64,000 bases of DNA from Monocercomonoides exilis PA203 (taxonomy: Eukaryota > Protista > Preaxostyla). The stretch is from assembly GCA_001643675.2 (NCBI GenBank), contig LSRY02000001.1, positions 1,054,001 through 1,118,000 of the forward strand, given 5' to 3'. The notes below the pieces were generated by a model. The model saw nothing but the letters and a program-made list of their open reading frames with translations. It made no database searches and was not told the DNA's origin. The translations under genes were made by a program, and so were the position numbers. How positions within the stretch are numbered: position 1 is the first letter of the stretch; every line of letters starts with the position of its first letter. Positions 10,044 to 21,890 of the stretch are shown here, piece by piece.

Positions 10044-13000
10044 ATGATTAACTCCCTGGTCAAGGTTTGTACAGCTTTTATTACTGCTAAATTCACACTG
10101 CTTTTTAATAACTAGCCAACGGCCATTCGTCCTTTACTGGACGATCCCTGTTTGAAATTTATTTCAATTTTAATATATTTTATTAATGTTTAAATTTTTC
10201 CACTTCTAATATTGTAGCAAGTTTTGATTTGACTTTTGAGGGACAACAACTCGTTGATTCTCAAACGAAACCTCTTAGTTTTGCGGTTGTTGGTCCATCT
10301 CTGTCTGGGAAAACCACTCTTGCAAAGTTAATTGCACGCTCTTTCGGTAGTGTATTCATTTCACCTGAAACCGCTGTACGTTCGTGTATTCGAAGAAAAA
10401 ATGAAATTGGAAGAAAAGTTTACTGACTTTCATTTTTTTCTAAATTCAAAGCTTATTTTTTGAAATGATGGAAATTTTTTTATAGATTTCATCTGTTTTA
10501 AGTTCAGGGCAAGCGATTGATGATGCTCTTGTTTTAGAAGCAGTTCATGCAATGCTAAAGCTGGAAGAAGTCGCATTTCGAGGATATGTCCTTGATGGAC
10601 TTCCAACAACAATTGAACAATCAAAGTTTCTTTTCAGCCAGAAATTTGATTCAGCACAAGTTCAGTCTCCAAACAAAGGGTCTAGAACAACTTCACATCA
10701 ATTGTCATCTCAACAACGCACTTCATCTCCTTCTCAGCTTAGACCACTTTCACCATCACGTTCTTCTTCTGCATCTTCAAGTGCAAGACGACCTTCTTCT
10801 CCATCAAGGCCATTAACACCACCAATGCGTCTTGGATCTCCGTATAGTCAGCGACCATCTACACCACACAATGATGGCTCCAGTCAAGCACGTCTTCCCC
10901 CTCTCGCAGGTACCACTTCATCCTCCTCACCTTCTGCTCCAGAAGTTCGAAGCTCAACCCCAAGTCATATCCCACCATATCCTTCCAGTGCTATCCGTCC
11001 ATTCGAAACAGTCGCTGAGCAGAAAGTGCGATTGGAGGCAGAGCAGTATGCGCGCGAGGCGGAAGAGAGGCGAGAAGAGAGGGAGGCAGTGGAGAAGTAC
11101 TGCGAGCGGCAGGATGCGCTGAGAGCAGAAGTTCTTCCACCAGATGTGTTTATTGTGTTGGAGGTGTCGAAAGAGACGCAGAACGAGAGGAGGCAGAAGC
11201 TGTGGATCAACCCAGTGACGCTCCGAACACACTCGATCTGCATCGAAGACGATGTGGTTGCCAAAATGATGGGCAAAAGAGAGAAGAGAAGGAGATTTGG
11301 TGCTGGCCCATCGGCAATCACTGCAAGTGGATTTGATGGCATGATGTATGGGAAGATGCCAGGAGACGAAGGAAGAGAGGACAGCTGGAGGATGATTGGA
11401 CGAGTGGGCAGAGGAAGCGAAGAAGGGAAAGAAGCTGAAGAGACAATGCAGGAGAGAGACGAGGCATCAGAACGACTGCGAAGAGCGAAGGAATTTCTGA
11501 TGGCTCATTTGCCACCGAAGGAAGGAGAGGAAGAAGGGAAAGAAGAAGGTGAAGGAAGAGAAGAAGGCGAGGAAGGAGAAGAAGTTGAAGATGAAGCCAC
11601 AAAAAGAAGAAGAAAAGCAGCTGAAGATCCTCTTTCGTATTTGTATGATCTGAACGAAGAGGAAGGAGAAGAAGGAGAAAATGGAGAAGATGATGAAAGA
11701 GCGCAGAGGATGAGGCTGCGTGCAATAAAGGAGAAGGAAAAGAAGATGATGAAAGGGTTGTATCGGATTGTGCCACATCCACATTACGGCGGAGGTGTTG
11801 GCAGAGCGTTTGGAGAGGCATCTGTTTTGGAAGATGGAGAAGAGGAAGGGAAGGAAGGTGGAGATGAAGAAGAAGAGGAAGACTTGCTGAAGGAAGAGGA
11901 AGATGATTTGGGGTTGTTGGGCGCAGGAGAAGAAGGAGAAGAAGAAGGAGGCGAAGGCGAAGAGCAGCTGACTGCTGCAGAGAGAGAAGAGAAGATTAGA
12001 GAAAAGAGGCAGATCTTAGATTCTCTGAGTGAAGAAGACGCACAGCAGCTGGCAGCGGTGCATTTGGTGCCTATCTGCAGCTGCCATGATCGCGTTGTGG
12101 TGGATGGAAGGGGAGAGGCATCGCTCGGAGGAGAAGAAAGAGCCGGGAGAGGAGTTGGGTGCACGGGGCTGATGCAGCGGGAGGTGAGGCATGCGATTGG
12201 GAAGGACGGGGAAGACTGCACAGCACTCAGGGCATTCACAAGAGAGGCAAGAAGGATGGTGCTGGGGCTGGTGCTGGACGAGGAGACGATGGTGGCAGAG
12301 GGGGAGGAGGAAGGAGAAGGAGGAGAAGAAGAGGCAATTGAAGCGAATGATGAGGAGCTGTTTAGTGAGGAGGAGCTGCAGCAGATGGAAGCTGATGAAG
12401 CGTTGATTGCATCTGTTGGAGAGGAAGAGGCAGACGAGGCAGAGGAGGATGAAGAAGAAGAGATTGAACCGATTTACAAGCCACGTCCACCAAAGGAAAA
12501 GAAACAAAGACAGAGGAGAATGAGGGAAGAGGAAGGTGAAGAAGAAGAAGAGGAGGAGGAGGAGGAAGAAGAAGGAGAAGAAGAGGACGAGGAAGAAGAG
12601 CTTGAACGAGACTATGAGAAAGAGAACGAGATACGTGAAGAGCGGAGGAAGCAGCGACAGAAAGAGAAAGAAGAGCAACAAATGCAAAAAGCGAAGGAAG
12701 TGGAAGAGGCGAAGAAGAGGCAGAAGGCGCGGGAGCATCGGAGAGTGTGTTGGGTGACGCTGCAGATGAAGAAGAGAGAAGAAGAGACGCGAAAGGACTC
12801 GATTCTGATGATTGTGAAGAGAGAATTCAGAGAAATCGAAGAGGAGACAGAGAAGGAAAGCAAAGCAGCAATGAAAGTGATGGGGATTGATGCAGTGTCG
12901 ATGGGGAAGAAAGAGAAGATGGCTGAGAAGAGGAAGAAGGAGAGGGAAAGAAAGTGGAAGAAGAAGGAGAAGGAAGTGGCAGCTGTTGGAGATGATGTTG

Positions 13001-14098
13001 TTGCTGCTTTGAGAGGAGAAGGGAAGAAGAGAAAGAGGAGGAGAAGGGGAGAAGGAGAAGAAGGGGAAGGAGAGGAAGAAGAAGGAGAAGAAGAGGAGGA
13101 AGGTGAAGAGCAGAATGAAGAAGAAGAAGAAGAAGGAAAAGAAGCAGAAGAGGACGAGCTGAATGGAGAAGAAGAAGAAAACGAAGAAGAGAAAGGGAAT
13201 GAAGAAGGAGAAGAGGAAGAAGAAGGAGAAGGAGAGGAAAGTGTTGATACTTCTGTCATTTCTGATCCGAAGCTGTTCAACTGGCCTGTTCATGAGATGC
13301 TTGTGGAGAGCGATCGATGGCTGTTCCCACTGGAAAGAGCAGACGAGGTGGCAAAGGCGAAAAGGACAGCATCTGCAATGATGACATCTCATATTGGAAA
13401 CTCTGCTGCTTCTTCTGCTTCTGCTTCTGCTTCTGCTTCTGCTTCTGCTTCTGCTTCTGCTTCTGCTTCTGCTTCTGCCTCTGCCTCTGCCTCTTCTTCA
13501 GCTTCGTCTTCTCTTCTATCTTCATCAAGACATCTTTCTTCAGTACATTCAGAATCTGCCTCATCCTCCTCCTCCTCATCATCATCCTTCCATGACCCCT
13601 TCGATCTCTCTTCCCTCGAGCCTCTTCTCTCCTTCTATGCTCCTCGAAAGGGTATTTCTGATCCAACCACAGATGGCACTCCAACCACAGCACAGGTGAT
13701 GAACTACGAAGCTGTCTCTGGATCAGCTGCAGTTGTAGCTGTGGATTTCCCTCAGAAGGGCAAAGAGGGAGAGATCAAAGAAAAAGGGAAGGAAAAAGAA
13801 GGAGAGAGGAAAATGGTGGGTCAGATTCAATCATCAACATCATCTTCTTCTTCCTCATTGTCATCATCATCTTCTTCAATGCCACCAATTCGTTTATCTT
13901 CTCCATCTTCTGCATCTCGTTCACTTCTTGCCTCCCAATCCATTCGTCGTCCATCATCTCCTTCTTCTCCTTCTTCTACCAGTCGTGCAATCACTCAGCC
14001 ACTTTATTCAACATTCCAGTCATCATCCACTTCATCTGGCACTTCTGTCTCTTGCTCATTCACTCCTTCACATTCATCTTCATTTTCATCACAATCAT

Positions 14099-14130
<32 letters not shown>

Positions 14131-17100
14131 CTTTCTCTTCTTGATGCTCCTCCGCTCCCACCCAAGCACCCCCTCCCTCCTCCTCTCGTCAATCCTCGTC
14201 CAAAGCATCTCCTCCGCCTCTCTTCTTCTCATTCTCCCTCTGAACTTCTATCACAACTGGCCACATCTGTCCAGGACTCTCTGCCTCTTCCCCCAGCCTA
14301 TCCACTCCCTCCCTCCGCTGCCTCTTCCTTCACTCCCCTCACTTCCTCCATCTCTCTCCACTCTCTTTCTCAACCACCTCTCTGCCCTTCTCCTTTGGAT
14401 CCCATCAACCGCATCCCTCTCCTCTCCTCTTTAACTGTGCCACTGATGCCTCCACAGCTGCTGTTCCCTCTTCCCAGAGACAGATGGGCGAATCCTCACA
14501 CTGGAGCACCACTTCCTCCACATCCAACAGGAAACAGAGTGGATGTGAGTGAAGTGGAAGAGCTGAAGGAGAAGAAGAGGAAGATGGAAGAATGGGAAAG
14601 GAGGCATCAAAGTGAGATGGAGGAGTATGAGGATGCGTTTGTGATTGAAGACTATGAGGAAGAGATAGAAGTAAAGGAGAAGGTTGTGAAGGAGAAAGCG
14701 AAAAGGGCTGAAGAAGAGGGTGAAAATGGTGCTGAACAAGATGAGGCAAATGAGAAAGGAGAGGAAGATGAGAATGCTCCGATGCCATTGAACAGAGAAG
14801 GAGAGGAAGAAGAAGGAAATGGAGAAGAAGGTGAAGAGGAAGGAAGAATGAACGAAGGAGAAGCAGAGGAAGAAGGCAATGAAAACGAGGAAGGCGAAGC
14901 TGAAGAGGGAGAAGAAGAAGGAAAAGGAGAGGATGAAGAGCCAGAGGAAGAATACATCACAGTGATGAAGACAGTCAAAAGACAGCGTCTTCTCCATAAA
15001 AACCCGCCAAGAGAGCCAACTCCATTCAACGAGCTGAAGGAGAGATGGAGCAAGATGGTGGATGTGTTCAAGACAGACAAGGAAATTGAGAAGGAGCAGG
15101 CAGAGCAGAAGAAGAGGAAAGAGAAACAAAGAGAAGATTTGAGGCTGATGATTGCATTGGCTGAGAGGAGGCAGCAGGCAGCACCGTCGGCTGTGCTGGA
15201 AAGAAGAATTGGGCGTCTGCAAAAGCAGCTGAGGCAGTTGGAGAGGGAGATGAAGAGGGAAGCAACAGACGACTCGAAGGAGGAAGTGAATGAGATGGCG
15301 AGTTATTTCACAAGGAGATCAGAAGAAGGCGAAAGAGAGGCTGAGGAAGGGGAGATGCAAGTGAATGGCCACTGGACAGAAGCTGAGCTGAATGTGGTGG
15401 AGACAGAAGAGGAGAAAGCGGACTGGGAGAAGCGGCTGGTCAGTGTGGAGTTCGTGAATCACATTCCACCAACAGACAATTCTCTTGATGAAAGTGCTGT
15501 GCTGGACTCTGTGAGCGAAGTGGCACGCACACACCTGGGGGGACTGCAGGTGCATCCATTCTACAGACACTTCTGCCCAGTCCATTGGGCGCTCCACAGA
15601 CACGACAAGAGAGGAGGAGGAGAAAGAGGAGGAGGAATTGAGCATCCGAAGCTGGTGAGGGGAAGCCTGCAGAACGCAGTGGGGTATCGTGGGTACATCT
15701 TCCTTTTGTCGTCGAGAAGAAGAGCGCGATTGTTCGTGGCCAATCCACGCAGATTTTTGAGGGTTGGCCCGCCGCTTCCAGAAGACTGCCCAGATGAGCC
15801 GGTGGAGAAAGGGAAGGATGGAAATGCAGATGAGGAAGAAGAGGATGAAGATATCAATGCAACAGATGGGAATGGCTCTGCAGGGTTGGAAGCAAATGAT
15901 GATGAGGAAGAAGAGGAAGAGGAGGAGGAAGGAGCAGAGAATGAAAGAGAAGAAGGAATGGCCGGTGGAGAAGGAGAGATGAACGAAGGAGAGAATGAAG
16001 GAGCAGACGGCGCTGAAGGTGCAGATGGTTCAGCTAATCTTTCAAATGGCTTATCAATCAACAAAAAGAAAGAGAAAGAAGCAGTTCCTCTGCCACCAGT
16101 GAGCATACCACTGAGTAAAACTCCTGTTGAGAAGAGCGGTCTTCGTGTTGTTGTTGTTGGGCCACCCTTGTCAGGAAAATCGACTGTGGCGCATGTTCTG
16201 TCACGAGTACTCAATCTGCGTGTGATTGATGTGGAAGACCTGCCTCCAACCACATCGAAGCAGATTGCACTGGATGAGGCGAAGGAGATTGTGAGCGGGG
16301 GATCTATTTCAGCAGACACATTGGCTGCGCATATTGCAGAGTCCTGTCGTGCTGCTGATCCAACACCAGATGAAGAAGGAGAAGGAGAAGGAGAAGGAGA
16401 CAAAAGTGTGGAAGAGGAAAAGAAGAAATCAACTGGAAAAGAACAAAAAGAGAAGCAAACAGAAATGCATCTAACAGCACTGTATACACCGCCTGATCCA
16501 TATGCACTGGCAGCGAAAGCAGCAGAAGCGGCAAAGGCAACAGCAGCTGCGTTACTTTCTGAAGTGACAGCTACCTCGCAAAAGGGGAAGAAAGGGAAGA
16601 AAGGCAGTGAGAAGGAGAAGAGTGGAGCAAGTGGAAGCAAAAATGATGGAGACAAGAAAGGGAAAAAGAAAGAAGACTCCAAAACAGCCGGAAAGAAGAG
16701 CACAAAAGACGAAAAGAAAGGAAAAGGCTCCAACCAAAAGGGGAAGAAAGACACATCCAACAGCGATGCCACAGTCGAAGGAGAAAGTAGCGCAGATGCA
16801 GAGATAGAGCCGATGCCGTATGCTGCAAGTCTGCCCTTTGCGAAGGGAGACTATCGTGGGTGGGTGCTCGACGGCTTCCCCGCGACGAAAGAGCAGGCAG
16901 CAGCGCTGCTGCGGTGTGGAGTGCAGCCAGATGTGGTTGTGGTGCTTGGGGCAAGTGATACGGATGAAGCACCGGCGGAGGCAGTGCAGGAGATCCAGCT
17001 GTCACTGAGGGCAGCACGAGTGGTGGAGGCAGTGAGGAAGGAAGGGATGGGGAGAAGGGGAAGCTTTGAGGGAGAAAGAGGAGATGAAGATGAGTGGAGC

Positions 17101-18532
17101 GAAGAGATGGGTGTGCACCCAGCAATTGTGGGGAGAATGGGGCTGTTCAAAAAGGAGAGTGCAAAAGTGCTGCATCTGCTGTCGAAGGACGATGCAGAAT
17201 ATGCCAATGCTGCAGAAGACGATGAAAATGAGGAGGAGAACGAAGAAAGAGAAGGAGAAGGAGAAGGAGAAGACGGAGATGGTGATGAAGCTGACAATGA
17301 TAACACCGATCTAAAACAGAACCACTTCCAAAAACGAAATCCAAAGGCAAACCACTTCCAATCCCCGGACTGTTTCGCCCGCATTGTGAAAGTGCCATAT
17401 ACTCTTCCAATGCATCTGTCACACGGGAGAGTGCTGCAATCTGTGTGTCCTGTGTTCCCCAGAGCAGAAAGGATGGAAAGCTACGACGATGTCCTGCCCA
17501 CACAGCGCGTCTTTGGCTGGTCGCGGCACTTCTGCCCAGTCACATTCAAGGAAGAGAATGCACTGGTGGTGGGGGACAGCCAGTTCTGCTGCATCTACCG
17601 CAGCCACGTCTACTTGTTTGCAGGGGCGGAGCAGCAGGCGCGATTTATGGATGCTCCTTTCTATTATGCCGAAGGGGGACCAGGTTGTGTGCCTCCTCTG
17701 AGATGCGTGGTGGTTGGGTCGCACGGAGCAGGGAAGACAACAGCAGCGGAGATGATAGCGAAGCAGTGTGGTGTGCGGGTGATTGGGAGGAAAGAGGTGA
17801 TGATGTGGAAGAAAGAAGAGGAGATGCAGCAGAAACGAGCAGCAGAGCTGGCGGCGGCTGGAATGAAAGCAGAGAATTTGGCGAAAGAAAGAGGCGAGGT
17901 TGGCGAAGAAAGAATACAAACGTGTTGAAGAGGAGAGGAAGAAAGAGGCAGCAGAAGCAGCCAGATTGGCGTCTGGTTCGAAGGCGGGTCTGTCAGAAAA
18001 GGACAGAAAGAAGAAGAAGCCGAAGGTGGACTACGAGAAAGAGGAGGATGAGGAAAAGGAGAAAGATGCAGAGGAAGAAGGAGCTGAGGAAGAGGAAGAA
18101 GAAGGCAGAGATGAAAATGACGAAAATAACTTTGACATGGAAGAAGGAGAAGAAGGCGAAGAACGCACAGCAGAGGAAGAAGGAGAGGAAGCAGAGGCAG
18201 ATATTCCAGTGTTCCCGCTCCTCATCTCTCGTCTGAAGGCGCTGAAAGGGTTTGTGCTGGATGGCTACCCAACAACCGCCGAAGACTGCGAGGTGCTGCT
18301 GAAGGATGGGCTGTGCCCAGAAGTGGTGCTGCAGTTGACACTGAGTGAAAGTGACTGCACGAAAAGGATGATTGACGTGGCAGCAATCAAAAAGAAAGCA
18401 AGCGAAATGAAAAGAATGAGAGATCTAAAGAAGCTGGCACAGCTGCAGAAGAGAGCAGCGAAACGTGCAGCAAAGGAAGAGAAGATGAAGGAGATGATGA
18501 AAAAGAAGAAGAGAAGGAGGAAGAGAAGCGAC

Positions 18533-18564
<32 letters not shown>

Positions 18565-21500
18565 CAACGAAGCGAACGCAGATGCAGAAGAGGATGCAGA
18601 AGAAGAAGAAGAGCCGTTTGACTTGAAAGCAGAAGTACAGAAGATGATCGAAGAAGCCAAAGAGAAAGCGTCTGAGAAGCACCGACGGTCTGAAGAAGTG
18701 GCCTCTACCATCATTTCTGCCTTTGCCGAGTGGCGTGTGCCTGTGCGGAGTGTGCCTGCCTCGCGGATGGCGCCTGTTGTCGAGGGATACATCAGAGCTG
18801 CCCTCCGCACCCACCTCAGCCCTTCTGAAGCAATGGAGGCAGATGCACCTGTGACACGCTCCCGCTTCTGGACGCTTCCTGGATCGCATCCGAAAGACGG
18901 GGCGAGGCAGAGCCTGCTGCTTCATGCGTATTCTGTTCCCCCGCCGATGGCTGTGCACTTCCTGGCGACACAAACACGGCAGTTGTCGCATCTCTTCAGC
19001 GGGGCGTGTCCTGTGTGTGCAGCAGAGAATCCAGATGCGCCGCCTCCTGCTCCGCTCATCCCGTCTGCCCTAACGATGCCCGATTCTCTTCCGTTCTGTG
19101 CGCTTCTGCCGTCGTCTGTGGCGTTGCCAGAAGAAGAAGGAGAGGAGGAGGAATTAGCTGATGCACAGTTGACTGTTGAGAGGAAGAAGAGGAAACTGGG
19201 ACAGATCTGCAAGCACCTCGGAATGGAGTTCTGCGGACGCTCTTCCATTCCAAAAGTCGGCGGGTTTATCGATCCACCAGAGTCAACATCTATCAACCCA
19301 GCACAGTTTGCTTCATCTAAGCAGGCTGCTTCATCGTCTTCTTCTGTTTATTCTTCTCTTCTATCTGGTCAATCTACACAGCAATCACCAATTACTTCTT
19401 CTTCATTCACTTCACAATCATCCAAAGACAAATTCGATCCTCTTCTCGAAGCCTCATCCTTGCCATGCTTTGCGTGTGTAGGGCACACGATGTTTGTGCT
19501 GTGTTCACACGGCCATCGCTCCGAGTTCCTTTCTCACCCTGCTCGATTTGTTCTCCCTTCAATGCTTCCCTCTGCCTCATCCACACAGCCAGACGCTGAG
19601 CTAATCAGAAAGACCACAACCGCTCTTTCATCTGGACAGTTGTCAAATTCTTCATTCTCCCCTTCGTCTTCTCCGTTTGTGCCTCGTCTTCCATTGGGTA
19701 CATCCCCAACGTTAGCTCCTCGAATAGCTGTGTTGGGTGCTCCATTGGCAGGCAAGACAACAATAGCGAGCGGACTGTCACTTGCCCTGCACACACCCCG
19801 TGTCACCATCACAGACGCTGTGTCTGCTGCAGTCAACAGCTCCATCCGTGTGTCCTCATCCACATCCATCTCTCGGAGGGTGAATGCGTGTCTTGCCATG
19901 GGCCAGTCGCTGGACGATGAGCTTCTGGTGGACTGTCTGCAGCACTACCTCTCAAAGGCACACTTTGCTCATCATGGATGGATACTCGATGGATTCCCCA
20001 CAACTGTCACGCAGGCAAGGCTGATGGAAGGGAAGAGGTTGTTGCCGGAGTGTGTGATGTTTGTGGATGTGACGTTTGAGGAGGCCAAGAAGAGGCTGAA
20101 GAGAGACAGAGAACAGAAAAGAAGAAATCTCTTTGAAGAGATGCGGATGCAGCAGAAGCAACTGCAACAACAACAGAAAAGAAGCAGACCAAAACCTGCT
20201 TTGACAGCTGGAAGTGCAAATAACAAAGGAATGGGCAGAGGCAAAGCACAACCAACAGAAGATGAGCTGCGAGGCAAGCTGGCTGCAAAACGAGAGCTTG
20301 TGCAACCACGTGAAGAGCAGATTGAGTCTCTCCCTCTTTTGGACGATGCGATGCTGGAGATGTCATTCAACACACACAACATCCACCACGCTGGTCTTGT
20401 GCACTTCTTCCGCACAGCGCGGTGGGACGGCAGTGCGCAGATCAACGTGGTGCAGCTGGCGAGAGAAGAGGAAGACACGCCCCTTGTCGCAGGGAGAGAG
20501 CACAGCAAGTGGCGCCAGCTGACAAAGGCCATTGCGACTGCCCGGCGCTCCTGCCGCTGCATGGCCTCGTTTGCTGCGTGTGTCGCGCTGAGAAGGCCGG
20601 CGAGGGTGAGAGGGGTGCCTCTGCTGCCAGACTTCGTGTCCACACGCACCAGCCAGCTGCTGTCGTACTGCCCAGTCGAGCTGGTTGATAGGAATGTTCT
20701 GCTCAATTGTGCTGATGCTGCCTCGGTGAATTCTCGTTTTGCGCTGTTTTTGTCGGGAAAAGTGTATTCACTTGCTTCGAAGAGAAATGTTGCGGCGTTT
20801 GAGGCAGATCCAAAAAGATATATAACGGCCACGCTGCCAAGCAATCTTCCCTTCCGCTGGCAGCAGGCAGAGCTAAGAGCAGGGCAGAAGCTGAAGGACG
20901 TGTCGTCGAAAGTGGCGTGTGGTGGGTTCTGTTGCGTTACTTTGCATGAGTTCTATGAAGCAGAGAAGAACAAAAAGACACTTGGCTCAAGTGATGGCTA
21001 TGCTAAAAACAGTCAGAATGGAGAAGCCAACTCGCAGGACAAAGAGAACGGGCTTGTGAGAGGGCGGCCTGAATATGGTGCGATGTATGGCGGGCAGCTG
21101 TTCTACTTTGCGTCGGCTGAGCAGATGCAGAAGTTCCTCAGAAAGCCCTGGGTGTATTCACAGACACAGCTGCCGAAGAGACTGCCTCCACCAGACATGC
21201 CTATCAAGCTGGAGGATCTATCGCCACATGGGTATCTTGAACAGACACTGGGGAAATCGGTTTGATTCTAATTAATTTTTTTAATTTATTAACTTAAAAT
21301 TCTTTTATTTATTTGTAACTTTTTATTTAGATTATTGATGCACTGATTAAAGTCAGCGAACTTCGACCACTTATTCCTTATCGTAATCCAGTTGAAAGTG
21401 CTTTGCTGTACTGTGCATTACACGTCAAAGGTTTGTTTTTAAAAAAGAATTTATATTTGATTAATAATTATATTTTTTTTTCCATTCATATTTCAGCGAA

Positions 21501-21669
21501 TAATCCAAATGCTTCTCGTGCAGCAAAAGAAGAAGCACAAAAGCAGTTTAAAGAATTTGAACAATATGCAACGTTATTGGACCAAATTGTTGAGCACGGG
21601 CAAGGTGAGGGAAGAGGAGAAATGTTCGATAAATTGGCTGTTGATGATCTGAAAAGATTCAAAGAATGA
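10044..21669 (+). CDS. AK9: Adenylate kinase 9-like giant flagellar protein; multi-exon, with a one-base frame break near 17885; start codon uncertain (9996, 10002 or 10044)
   Basis: Four P-loops (GPSLSGKTT, GPPLSGKST, GSHGAGKTT, GAPLAGKTT), four G[YWF][VI]LDG[LFY]P motifs, repeated CPV..YHS-like domains, and C-terminal GYLEQTLG..IIDALIKV..SALLYCALHVKANNP as in AK9. Introns 10065-10115, 10150-10217, 10418-10485, 21260-21330, 21431-21496. Confidence 0.85.
13402..13492 (+). repeat. (TCTGCT)n hexanucleotide tandem repeat encoding a Ser-Ala dipeptide run inside AK9
   Basis: Near-perfect tandem tctgct units drifting to tctgcc at the 3' end. Confidence 0.95.
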
Positions 21670-21890
21670 AAATAATCCTTTCCTTTCATCTTCATATTTC
21701 ATATGCTATTTTTTTCATCCACTTCCTCTTTTATTGTATCATTTCATCTCATTCAAAATTTTTCTCTTTAATTGTGTTATTTATGTTTATTTTTTTATTT
21801 GATGATCATTTAGATCGACCCACATTATTGTAATTATTTGTTTCTTTTCCTCCTGCTGCTTGAACCAATCACCCTTGTAATTTATCAAGC

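Noticed and set aside
17926-17928. Selenocysteine or readthrough at the TGA ending the first AK9 ORF
   Set aside because: The protein continues in a different frame, so readthrough would not join the halves.
11300-20850. Many long antisense and alternate-frame ORFs (e.g. 12016-13392, 15561-16772)
   Set aside because: Shadows of GAA/TCT low-complexity coding sequence, which lacks stops in other frames; the products are F/L/S runs without motifs.
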